Below, in pieces: positions 45,149-57,400 of a stretch of 64,000 nucleotides of DNA. Position 1 is the stretch's first letter; every line of letters begins with the position of its first letter. The DNA is taken from NCBI GenBank assembly GCA_002269645.1, contig NIVC01003480.1, forward strand, positions 31,938 through 95,937, given 5' to 3'. Under the pieces are notes generated by a model. That model was not told where the DNA came from and made no database searches. It saw nothing but the letters and a program-made list of their open reading frames with translations. The translations under genes were made by a program, and so were the position numbers. This stretch comes from Macrostomum lignano. Its lineage: Eukaryota.

Positions 45149-47744
45149 TATTCGTCCCACCCCCACCGCGGCAGGAGCTGTCGGACATTGAGGAGTGCGC
45201 CATCCCGGGGCCGGGCTCCTGCGCGGGCATGTACACCGCCAACACAATGTCCTGCGCCCTGGAGGCTATGGGCCTCGCTCTGCCCGGCGACGCCTCGCCG
45301 CCGGCCGTCAGTGAAGAGAAACGGCGCCAGGCGCGCCATCTGGTTGGCGCCGCGCTAGCCAACATGATGCGGTGCGGGATTCGGCCGCGCGACATTGTCA
45401 CGAGACAGGCGCTGGAGAATGCGGCCGCCGTGGTTTCCGCGCTGGGCGGCTCCACCAACGCCTGCCTGCATCTGGTAGCCATCGCCAGGGAGGCCGGCCT
45501 GGCTGACTTTGGCCTGGACGAACTCCAATCGGTGTTCCAGCGAACCCCGTGCTGGCTGACCTGTTCCCCAGCGGCTGCCACGCCATGGCCGACCTGCACG
45601 AGGCTGGCGGGCTTCGGCCGCTGCTCCGCCGCATGCTGTCAGCCGGCCTGCTGCACGGCTCGGCCGTCACCTGCACCGGCCGGACACTTGCCGAGGATCT
45701 GAAAGGAGTGGAGGATTATCCAGCAGGGCAGAAGGTTATTCGGCCAATGTGTGAGATATCCAGCCAATCAGCGCTCTACGCACTCATTTAACATTTCTAT
45801 CCCTGGTTAACCCCGCCAGCCAATCAGCACTCTCCGCACTCATCCCACATTTTCTATCCCTGCTGAACCGCACCAGCCAATCAGCGCTCTCCACACTCAT
45901 TCTTTAAACTTTCTACCCTCAGTAATGCACGCCAACCAATCGTGATCTATCTTTAACCTTGCTTTCTAACAGCCGATCCGATTAAAGCTACCGGTCATCT
46001 GATAATCTTCCGCGGCAGTCTCTGCCCGAACGGCGCCGTTGGCAAACTTATCGGCGACGAGGGCGACAGCTTCTCCGGCCCGGCTATCGTGTATGAAAAT
46101 GAGGAGGCCGCCTATGTCGGCGTCTCTCGCGGACAAGTCCAACCTGGCCACGTTGTTGTTGTGCGTAACGAGGGACCGGTCGGAGGGCCCGGCATGCGGG
46201 AGATGCTGGCCGTGACAGCTGCTATTCAAGTAAAAATTACTAATAAATCTCTATGCTAGCATAACCGTGTCTGTACATGTACTCTAGGATGTACATGTAC
46301 ATCGCCAAACCGCCCAATAATGACATTTTAAATCAACCCTTTAAAGCTTTCAGCAACCCTAATTTATTGGTTCTATAATAAAAGCAAGAGAAGCCTAAGC
46401 AGGCCACTCTTAGCCACAATGTACGCACGCCCGAATAAGCCTCTCTCCCCCCAATCTACGCACACACGAATAAGCCTCTCTCCCCCTAATCTACGCACAC
46501 CCGAATAAGCCTCTCTCCCCCCAATCTACGCACACACGAATAAGCCTCTCTCCCCCCAATCTACGCACACACGAATAAGCCTCTCTCCCCCCCCAATCTA
46601 CGCACACACGAATAAGCCTCTCTCCCCCCAATGTACGCACGCCCGAATAAGCCTCTCTCCCCCCAATCTACGCACACACGAATAAGCCTCTCTCCCCCAA
46701 TGTACGCACACCCGAATAAGCCTCTCTCCCCCAATGTACGCACACCCGAATAAGCCTCTCTCCCCCTAATCTACGCACACCCGAATAAGCCTCTCTCCCC
46801 CTAATCTACGCACACACGAATAAGCCTCTCTCCCCCCAATCTACGCACACACGAATAAGCCTCTCTCCCCCCCCCCAATCTACGCACACACGAATAAGCC
46901 TCTCTCCCCCCAATGTACGCACGCCCGAATAAGCCTCTCTCCCCCAATCTACGCACACACGAATAAGCCTCTCTCCCCCAATGTACGCACACCCGAATAA
47001 GCCTCTCTCCCCCAATGTACGCACACCCGAATAAGCCTCTCTCCCCCTAATCTACGCACACCCGAATAAGCCTCTCTCCCCCTAATCTACGCACACACGA
47101 ATAAGCTTCTCTCCCCCCAATCTACGCACACCCGAATAAGCCTCTCTCCCCCCAATCTACCCACACACGAATAAGCCTCTCCCCCAATGTACGCACACCC
47201 GAATAAGCCTCTCTCCCCCAATGTACGCACACCCGAATAAGCCTCTCTCCCCCTAATCTACGCACACCCGAATAAGCCTCTCTCCCCCTAATCTACGCAC
47301 ACACGAATAAGCCTCTCTCCCCCCAATGCACGCACGCCCGAATAAGCCTCTCTCCCCTAATTACGCACGCCTAAATAACCCTCCCTGAAAATTTTACAGG
47401 GCCGGGGCCTGTCTGGCCGCGTAGCTCTGATCACGGACGGCCGCTTCTCTGGCGCCACGAAGGGTTTTGTAGTTGGTCACGTGACCCCAGAGTCAGCTGT
47501 CGGCGGGCCAATCGGCGCGCTTCGCACCGGCGATCAAATTGAAATCGACGGTCCCGGCCGACAAATTAATGTCCGACTGGCCGAGTCCGAACTGGCCGCC
47601 CGACTGTCCGAGGCGGCTACGGTGGCTGCGGAGGCTTCGGCCGAGGCGAAAGCGGACCCACCGGGAGGATCTCGCACCTCCGTGTTGGCGAAGTACAGAC
47701 GGCTGGTCAGACAGGCTGATGAAGGAGCCATTGTGGTTTCGTGA
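44465..47744 (+). CDS. ilvD: Dihydroxy-acid dehydratase (IlvD/Edd family, 2Fe-2S-type motifs), about 579 aa, with one apparent 1-nt frameshift
   Basis: Exons 44465-45025, 45175-45750, 45973-46229, 47400-47744 total 1739 nt, one short of a multiple of 3. Motifs [68 protein letters not shown]. Confidence 0.93.
45050..47375. repeat. Repeats in the three ilvD introns
   Basis: (CTGT)n at 45050-45147; three 57-bp CAGCCAATCAGC units (45760, 45817, 45874); about 36-bp GAATAAGCCTCTCTCCCCCCAATCTACGCACACAC (46425-47375). Confidence 0.9.
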
Positions 47745-48299
47745 GGGTGATCGACTGCTTTGAGTCATTTGACCTCTTCTGTCATCTGTGTCGGATAAGG
47801 TTGGCATACTTGTTGATAATATTTTTATTAATTTGATGAGCCTGTTCGATTAACTGTTTAATGAGCTGTTTAAAAAGAAATTCTAGATATTCTGCGTGAA
47901 ATTCAGTGTTACAAGATCCTTTACCATTAGGTAAAACTAAAATGTCCTACGTACTACTACTAATGACAGTTTCAAGTAGTAAACTTTATGCGTGTTCTTT
48001 ATTTTGCATTGGTGTTTGAATTTTTTCTTGCTTTTACTAGTAATGTTTCTTTCAATATTCACTAATTAGCTGAATAAATTAATGCCTTGGTTAAGGTGAT
48101 TAAGTTCTTTAATTGTGTTTTTCATTGTTTAGTGAAAATGAATTCATGTTTTGTTAATTTGCAATAAATTTTCAACGGCTGTTTCATTCTCGAGTTTGCA
48201 AGTTCTGATTATTAAATAGTCAATTAACGGACTTGAAGTTAGCGGGCTTTTTATTCATTTTTTGCACTTTTTCTCATTCTTTGACTTCAGCTTTGCTTT

Positions 48300-49725
48300 G
48301 TGACTTATTTACTGGTCTCCTGACTCATTTACTGGTTTTCTGACTCCTTCACCGATTTCCTGACTCATTCACTGATTTCCTGACTCATTAGCCGGTTTCC
48401 TGACGCATTCACTGATTTCCTAAATCATTCACTGGTTTCCAGACTCATTCACCGATTTTCTGACACATTTACTGATTTCCTGACACATTCACTGATTTCC
48501 TGACTCATTAGCCGGTTTCCTGACGCATTCACTGATTTCCTAAATCATTCACTGGTTTCCAGACTCATTCACCGATTTTCTGACACATTTACTGATTTCC
48601 TGACACATTCACTGATTTCCTGACTCATTAGCCGGTTTCCTGACGCATTCACTGATTTCCTAAATCATTCACTGGTTTCCAGACTCATTCACCGATTTTC
48701 TGACACATTTACTGATTTCCTGACACATTCACTGATTTCCTGACTCATTAGCCGGTTTCCTGACGCATTCACTGATTTCCTAAATCATTCACTGGTTTCC
48801 AGACTCATTCACCGATTTTCTGACACATTTACTGATTTCCTGACACATTCACTGATTTCCTGACTCATTAGCCGGTTTCCTGACGCATTCACTGATTTCC
48901 TAAATCATTCACTGGTTTCCAGACTCATTCACCGATTTTCTGACACATTTACTGATTTCCTGACACATTCACTGATTTCCTGACTCATTAGCCGGTTTCC
49001 TGACGCATTCACTGATTTCCTAAATCATTCACTGGTTTCCAGACTCATTCACCGATTTTCTGACACATTTACTGATTCCCTGACACATTCACTGATTTCC
49101 TGACTCATTAGCCGGTTTCCTGACGCATTTACTGATTTCCTAAATCATTCACTGGTTTCCAGACTCATTCACCGATTTTCTGACACATTTACTGATTTCC
49201 TGACACATTCACCAATTTCCTGACTCATTCACCAATTTCCTGACACATTCACCGATTTCCTGACACATTCACTGGTTTCCTGACGCATTCACTGATTTCC
49301 TAAATCATTCACTGGTTTCCTGATTCATTCACCGATTTCCTGACACATTCACCGATTTCCTGACACATTCACTGGTTTCCTGACGCATTCACTGATTTCC
49401 TAAATCATTCACTGGTTTCCTGATTCATTCACCGATTTCCTGACACATTCACCGATTTCCTGACACATTCACTGGTTTCCTGACGCATTCACTGATTTCC
49501 TAAATCATTCACTGGTTTCCTGACACATTCACCGATTTCCTGACACATTCACTGGTTTCCTGACACATTTACTGATTTCCTGGCATATTCACCAATTTCC
49601 TGACACATTCACCGATTTCCTGACTCATTCGCCGGTTTCCTGACACATTAGCTAATTTTCTGACTCATTCACCAATTTCCTGACACATTCACCGATTTCC
49701 TGACTCATTCACTGGTTTCCTGAGT
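48300..49725. repeat. 20-bp satellite with 120-bp higher-order repeat
   Basis: TGACACATTCACTGATTTCC monomers; identical six-monomer block starting at 48421, 48541, 48661, 48781, 48901, 49021, 49141. Confidence 0.95.
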
Positions 49726-50229
49726 CACGGAGTAGTTCTTTGTTTCATTTAGTTTGCTTCCAAGCTTGGATTCCAATCCACCCAACATTCAACAATACAT
49801 TTGGGATTCGTTAATCCATAGCAATAATTTATGACCCAGGCCACTTGGCGCACCGGAGATTAGTCACCCTATCTGTCTCCCAGATCACCATTAATAGCCA
49901 GAAATTTAGCGAATTTTGATGAAGCGCAATTTTTAACAATTAAAACAGTTGGCAATAAAATGCATTTTATAGTACTGGATTGTAGTAGGAGCTGTAAGAA
50001 CTCCAAATCCGATCAAGTGCATGGCCAATTAAAATTTACCATACAAAAAATTTATCAATTTGTTCAGCAGCTTAACAGAAAGCTTGCTTGCAACATTCAA
50101 CTTGAAGTGGTTTTTGTTTTAATTACCGAAACGACAGCAAAAACTGTTGCATTTCGATTGAAACTCTGCGCAATTTAGAATCAGATTTTTTTGCCTGAAA
50201 TTTTGCTTTTATTACCTATAGGGTATTTA

Positions 50230-50710
50230 AAGCAAATACCCTATCTGACAGTTAAATCACCCTATCTGAGAGGTAATCACCCTATCTGACAGGTAAATCA
50301 CCGTAACTGACAGGTAAATCACAGTATCTGACAGGGAAATCACCCTATCTGATTCGTAAATCACCGTATCTGACAGGTAAATCACCGTATCTGACAGGTA
50401 AATCACCGTATCTGACAGGTAAATCAGCCCTATCTGACAGGTAAATCACCGTATCTGACAGGTAAATCACAGTATCTGACAGGTAAATCACCCTATCTGA
50501 TTCGTAAATCACCCTATCCGACAGGTAAAATACCCTATCTGACAGGTAAATCACCCCATCTGACAGGTAAATCACCCTATTTGACATGTGAAACACCGTA
50601 TCTGACAAAGCAATCAGCCCTATCTGACAGGTAAATCAGCCCTATCTGACAGGTAAATCAGCCCTATCTGACAGGTAAATCACCACATCTGATAGTTAAG
50701 CACCCTATCC
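50230..50710. repeat. 21-bp minisatellite
   Basis: AAATCACCCTATCTGACAGGT. Confidence 0.9.
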
Positions 50711-51008
50711 ATATAACTCATTCTAAAACTATAATGCCGAAATTAATTACATTTATGTGTTCGTTTCGCCTATGGTTCATAATCAAATACTGATGAGCTC
50801 TCATTGGCCGGCATATATCATTCAATTTTCACCCTTTTCTAATTGGCTGTCTTAGCCCCCTCCTCGGGCCAATTAGAAGTCCGACTTGTGTAGCTGTTAA
50901 GTAGAAAGAAATTATCTGTATTTGAAGCACCTGATTATTTCAGGCTAATCAGAACTTCATTCTTCACTGTTTTTAAAAAAAAAACAACTATTTTAAAACA
51001 AAATTTTC

Positions 51009-52224
51009 ATGGACAACTCACTGCAAGTCGCCGCCGCTTCTGCCGCCCCGCTTCCGCCCCCGCTTCCGCCCCCGCTTCCGCCCCCGCTTCCGCCCCCGCT
51101 TCCGCCCCCGCTTCCGCCCCCGCTTTCGCCCCCGCTTCCGACAGGCTTAAATTTGGCGTCTCTGCAATTCTCAACATTGGCTGCTCAGCCAGCCGCTTCC
51201 GGATGCTGGGGCCGCTTCCGCCTCCGCCGCACTTGCTGCTTCAAGCTCAACAGCACCGACTGCTGCTTTCCCATGCTGCTGCTAGTCCAGGCTCTGCGCC
51301 TCATCATAGCGGCGCCTTTGCGTCTGCAACAGCTGACAGCGGTGAGTGGCCCTCACGCGCCCCAATTCAAAATCGCCCAATTCAAAATCGCCCAGTTCAA
51401 AATCGCTCCTAAAAATTGCCCCTAAAAATCGCCCCTAAAAATCGCTCCTAAAAATTACCGCTTTGTCGATCGCCTTCCACGCAGGCCTGCAGCAGCCCCT
51501 GCCGCCGCTGAGCCAGCTGCAGACCCTTCATCATCAGCTGTTGCAGCTGCAGCAGCACCAGCAGCACCTCCTTCAAAGCCAGCTGCAGTACCAGCTGCAG
51601 CACCAGCTCCAGCCTCAGTCTCAATTTCTACCAGTCGTTGATGCAAGCCCTGTCCGTGACGGAGTCGGTGGCGTCAGCGGCCGAGTCATTGGTGGAGTCC
51701 TTCGTCGGGCCGTGTTCAGCGAATCGCAGCGACGCGGCCTCGAGAAGGCCTTCCAGCAGCAGAAGTACATCGGCAAGCCCGACCGGAGACTGCTGGCTGA
51801 CAGGCTGGGACTGAGAGACTCTCAGGTGAGACTGCTGGCTGACAGGCTGGGACTGAGAGACTCTCAGGTGAGACTGCTTGCTGACAGGCTGGGACTGAGA
51901 GACTCTCAGGTGAGACTGCTGGCTGACATGCTGAGACTGAGAGAATCTCAGGTGAGACTGCTGGCTGACATGCTGAGACTGAGAGACTCTCAGGTGAGAC
52001 TGCTGGCTGACATGCTGAGACTGAGAGACTCTCAGGTGAATCTCAGGTGGTATTAGCCAGATTCAGATGGGGAACTATCAGTAGTTGGTAGTTGGTTAGA
52101 AGATGAACTATTGATCCTTTAATCCCTTCTATCTGCCCTCGCTCCCGCCTTCCAGGTGAAGATCTGGTTCCAAAATCGCAGGATGAAGTGGCGCAACGCC
52201 AAGGAACGCGAAAGCAGCGATTAA
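51009..52224 (+). CDS. Dbx: Dbx-class homeobox protein, about 247 aa, with one apparent 1-nt frameshift in exon 1
   Basis: Exons 51009-51341, 51485-51825, 52156-52224. eh1 motif LKFGVSAIL. Homeodomain LRRAVFSESQRRGLEKAFQQQKYIGKPDRRLLADRLGLRDSQ|VKIWFQNRRMKWRNAKERE. Confidence 0.92.
51786..52038 (+). repeat. 42-bp repeat spanning the Dbx exon 2 donor (six copies)
   Basis: AGACTGCTGGCTGACAGGCTGGGACTGAGAGACTCTCAGGTG; CAG|GT at 51826, 51868, 51910, 51952, 51994, 52036. Confidence 0.95.
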
Positions 52225-52489
52225 AGTTTGTCATGTCTCGGTTTTGTCTGATGTCAGGAACTCCACTGGTTGTTTGAAGCGTAGCCATCCTCTCCCGAGC
52301 ACAAAATGAATGTTGCTGTATCTGCATGCATGTAAATACACTATAACTAAGTACAAATGGTCATTTCACAAACTTCTAGGTGTTAATACCTTGTTATCAG
52401 TTCAGGTTAAATCTGTATTCATTTGGAGTTTTGTTGTTTTTGTGCTTTATAATATAAAAAATGAGCGAGGAAGGTATAAAAGGGGATAC

Positions 52490-52985
52490 CGAGACAGGAA
52501 GGGAGAGAGTTGAGACAGAGAGGAAGGGAGAGAGTTGAGACAGAGAGGAAGGGAGAGAGTTGAGACAGAGAGGAAGGGAGAGAGTTGAGACAGAGAGGAA
52601 GGGAGAGAGTTGAGACAGAGAGGAAGGGAGAGAGTTGAGACAGAGAGGAAGGGAGAGAGTTGAGACAGAGAGGAAGGGAGAGAGTTGAGACAGAGAGGAA
52701 GGGAGAGAGTTGAGACAGAGAGGAAGGGAGAGAGTTGAGACAGAGAGGAAGGGAGAGAGTTGAGACAGAGAGGAAGGGAGAGAGTTGAGACAGAGAGGAA
52801 GGGAGAGAGTTGAGACAGAGAGGAAGGGAGAGAGTTGAGACAGAGAGGAAGGTAGAGATTGGAGACAGAGAGGAAGGGAGAGAGTTGAGACAGAGAGGAA
52901 GGGAGAGAGTTGAGACAGAGAGGAAGGGAGAGAGTTGAGACAGAGAGGAAGGGAGAGAGTTGAGACAGAGAGGAAGCGAGTGAAG
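52490..52985. repeat. 25-bp purine-rich minisatellite
   Basis: GAGACAGAGAGGAAGGGAGAGAGTT. Confidence 0.95.
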
Positions 52986-54475
52986 GAAGATGGAGAGGAA
53001 GGGAGAGAGGGGAAGAGAGAGAGGAAGGGAGAGGCAGGAGGGTAGGGAGAGATGCAAGCGACTAGAAAGGCAGTTCAATAGACATTCAGGAAGCAGGACC
53101 GCTACCACTCGGAAGCAGACAGACACATAGACTCCCTGCAGACACCGCAGCTTACAATTGAACAGGATTGAACAGGAACAGGATTCAGTGCAAACAATGC
53201 TAATTTTCTAGCCAAACATCAAACTGGAGGACCCGAAGTGTTCATCATCAGCCAGCAGTCACGTTTCTCTCTGCTCATACTCTCAATAGCTACATGGTGA
53301 TTCGGAATTTAACATTGAAAGCAATTTTAAATTCAAAAGTCTTATCTTTAAGGCTATCAATCAATGTCAGAAGAGCAGGTTTTGCTTTTGTTAGTCAAAC
53401 GTGATCGCATTTTAAATATTATTCAATTTGCTTAATGCTTCCTAAAGCAAACTGCTCAAATCTGGGCTGGAGCAGGCTGGGGATGTAATTGTCTAATTCA
53501 CCTCGTAATTATCACCTGAACAAATTGTCAGACTAGCAACAAGCGAAGAAATCGCTGTGCAAAAAGTGTTTTACACTACATATCGGTTAGTTGGCCTAGT
53601 CAATAGAAATCAATGAACTGAGCATTTTAGGCTTTTAGTGGTCTTTGTAGTAAGAGGTATAGAACCGCCATTGGGCCAGTCCAGGAGCTTTCAGAGGTCC
53701 TTTTCCAAGAAACCGCCTCTGAGCCGGTCAAACGGCTTTTTGATGTCCTTGGCTCCAGCAAGAGTCTTAGAAACGACCATTGGGTCCGTCCTACGGCTTT
53801 TAGAGGTCTTTGACTCCAGCAAGAGGATTAGAACTTCCTTTTGGGCTTTTGTGGTCCTTGGCTCGAGCAAGAGGCTTAGAATCCACCTTTGGGCCCGTCC
53901 AGTGGCTTTTAGAGATCTTTGCTCCAGCAAGAGGATTAGAAACCGCTTTTGGGCGTTTTTATTTGTTTCTTTAAAGTGTGAAAACGTTAATCCTGATAAT
54001 TTTGCAACTTTCAGTTGTCTCAGGTTGTCTAAATCGAATTTGTATACAAATACTGCACAATTTCTGCTTAGCAACTGCAGAGATATCATTAGATTAGTTA
54101 TCAACATAATTTAGACAACAAAGACTAGCAACAGTAAAGACCCAAATAATGACATGATGAATTGAGAGAATTTCTTGAAAATCCAAAAATTCGAAATTTA
54201 GTTTTTGTTAGAACTTTTGTCACCGCCAGCTTGAGACGCTTGGCAACAGAAAATTCAATTTCCAGAGATGTGGGCGATAGTGCCAGGCGTTCTCAGCCGT
54301 CTAACAAAGACCAGTCAAGATCTTTGTTGAATCTAACTTTCGGCCTCCACACCAAGTTGAGTCACCGCTATTAGCTAAATATAAGTTTTCCTGTGCACAT
54401 GTTTATAAATATTAATATCAGACAGTTTTCAATCTGTCATTTTCCCATTCTAGGCAACGCGGCGCTTTCTGAAAA

Positions 54476-57400
54476 CTAATTGATCATCCTCATCACTGCG
54501 GACCACGGATTGATAGCTGCAGACTCCATCTGATTCCGGGGCGGCAACTCGTAAGGTGGAAAATCTCCAACTTTGAAAAGTTGAACGTTGAAAGCAATTA
54601 AATTTTACAATTGTTAAGATTCACTTTATTGGCACGATAGATTTCCTCACTGCCAAAAAGTTTTGACATTTTTTCGCGTTCTACTACTCAGATATCATGT
54701 AGTAAGTAGTAGCAGAGTGGGGACATTACTGTGCTTTTTGGTAATTTGCAATTTTTCCTGCCTCTATGTATGCCTCTAATTCACTCATAAACTCGCTCAT
54801 AACCTCACTCATGAACTCACTCATGAACTCACTCATAAACTCACTCATGAACTAAGTCATGAACTCACTCATGAACTCACTCGTAAAGTCACTCATTCAG
54901 TAGGTTTATAATTTTTTACAAAAGCGTAAAATTAAAAAAACAAATGCATTTCTATACTTCATTATTAATAGTAGTACAATAAAGTAGAAGCATAGGTGTA
55001 TAATCTGAAGATTACACATGAAATTTTCGATCCTCACATGCCTATATTAATGATTCCAGACACATCCGGTTCCCGAAATCATGCACTAATTCTCCCTCAC
55101 TTACTTCCGCCTAGTGTCTCCCAGCAACCACCAAGAGGGGCGGATCGAAGCTTGGGATTGTGAAGAGGGGAAGGAATCACGAGGCAGCCGTGCAAATTCC
55201 TATACTGTGGCTCGTAAAGTCCTAATTTGGGCAGCGTGTGCAAGGGACTGGGGGGGGGGGGCTGGTGCCCACCAGGTGCCATGCGGTTCCGAAAACTTGG
55301 TTGGGCACAGAGCTTACCTACAAAAAGGACAACTTCTAATCCAACAGACGGACTGCCGCTAGGGTGCAAGTGGGTCTTGCGGACAGCCATTGACCGCGGT
55401 ATAGTTTAAAGGACAGCCGTGTGCAATGCTGATTTATGACAGTGGGTCACTTTTGGGGATCAGCGAGTTCAATGGATTGCTAATCTAGTCTGCGTGGAAT
55501 AGAATGGATTGCTAATCTAGCCAATACACGGATGCAGGAATAGAATGGATTGCTAATCTAGCCAATACACGGATGCAGGAATAGAATGGATTGCTAATCT
55601 AGCCAATGCACGGATGCAGGAATAGAATGGATTGCTAATCTAGCCAATGCACGGATGCAGGAATAGAATGGATTGCTAGTCTAGCCAATACACGGAATGC
55701 AGGAATAGAATGGATTGCTAATCTAGCCAATACACGGGTGCAGGAATAGAATGGATTGCTAATCTAGCCAATACACGGATGCAGGAATAGAATGGATTGC
55801 TAATCTAGCCAATACATGGATGCAGGAATAGAATGGATTGCTAATCTAGCCAATACACGGATGCAGGAATAGAATGGATTGCTAATCTAGCCAATACACA
55901 GATGCAGGAATAGAATGGATTGCTAATCTAGCCAATACACGGATGCAGGAATAGAATGGATTGCTAATCTAGCCAATACACGGATGCAGGAATAGAATGG
56001 ATTGCTAATCTAGCCAATACACGGATGCAGGAATAGAATGGATTGCTAATCTAGCCAATACACGGATGCAGGAATAGAATGGATTGCTAATCTAGCCAAT
56101 ACACGGATGCAGGAATAGAATGGATTGCTAATCTAGCCAATACACGGATGCAGGAATAGAATGGATTGCTAATCTAGCCAATACACGGATGCAGGAATAG
56201 AATGGATTGCTAATCTAGCCAATACACGGATGCAGGAATAGAATGGATTGCTAATCTAGCCAATACACGGATGCAGTTATAGAATGGATTGCTAATTTAG
56301 CCAATACACGGATGCTGGAATAGAATGGATTGCTAATCTAGCCAATACATGGATGCAGGAATAGAATGGATTGCTAATCTAGCCAATGCACGGATGCAGG
56401 AATAGAATGGATTGCTAATCTAGCCAATACATGGATGCAGGAATAGAATGGATTGCTAATCTAGCCAATACACGGATGCAGGAATAGAATGGATTGCTAA
56501 TCTAGCCAATACACGGATGCAGGAATAGAATGGATTGCTAATCTAGCCAATACACGGATGCAGGAATAGAATGGATTGCTAATCTAGCCAATACACGGAT
56601 GCAGGAATAGAATGGATTGCTAATCTAGCCAATACACGGATGCAGGAATAGAATGGATTGCTAATCTAGCCAATGCACGGATGCAGGAATAGAATGGATT
56701 GCTAATCTAGCCAATACACGGATGCAGGAATAGAATGGATTGCTAATCTAGCCAATACACGGATGCAGGAATAGAATGGATTGCTAATCTAGCCAATACA
56801 CGGATGCAGGAATAGAATGGATTGCTAATCTAGCCAATACACGGATGCAGGAATAGAATGGATTGCTAATCTAGCCAATACACGGATGCAGGAATAGAAT
56901 GGATTGCTAATCTAGCCAATACACGGATGCAGTTATAGAATGGATTGCTAATTTAGCCAATACACGGATGCTGGAATAGAATGGATTGCTAATCTAGCCA
57001 ATACATGGATGCAGGAATAGAATGGATTGCTAATCTAGCCAATGCACGGATGCAGGAATAGAATGGATTGCTAATCTAGCCAATACATGGATGCAGGAAT
57101 AGAATGGATTGCTAATCTAGCCAATACACGGATGCAGGAATAGAATGGATTGCTAATCTAGCCAATACACGGATGCAGGAATAGAATGGATTGCTAATCT
57201 AGCCAATACACGGATGCAGGAATAGAATGGATTGCTAATCTAGCCAATACACGGATGCAGGAATAGAATGGATTGCTAATCTAGCCAATACACGGATGCA
57301 GGAATAGAATGGATTGCTAATCTAGCCAATGCACGGATGCAGGAATAGAATGGATTGCTAATCTAGCCAATACACGGATGCAGGAATAGAATGAATTGCT

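Noticed and set aside
44374-45676. Antisense ORFs over ilvD (and similar ones over ABCB6, the channel and the LINE)
   Set aside because: Expected shadows of GC-rich coding sequence; no independent motifs.
44465-47744. ilvD as bacterial contamination
   Set aside because: It has three GT-AG introns with host-style repeats and is contiguous with animal genes; only a chimeric assembly could explain it otherwise.
53749-53945. Four about 22-bp repeats (TT..CTCCAGCAAGAGGATTAGAA) with spacers, superficially CRISPR-like
   Set aside because: The spacers resemble each other (TGGG.CCGTCC...GGCTTTTAGAG.TCT), so this is a degenerate about 60-bp tandem repeat. Eukaryotic context, no cas genes.
53638-54114. 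Overlapping 158-aa and 138-aa ORFs on opposite strands
   Set aside because: Largely the degenerate 60-bp repeat; no recognisable domain or splice support.
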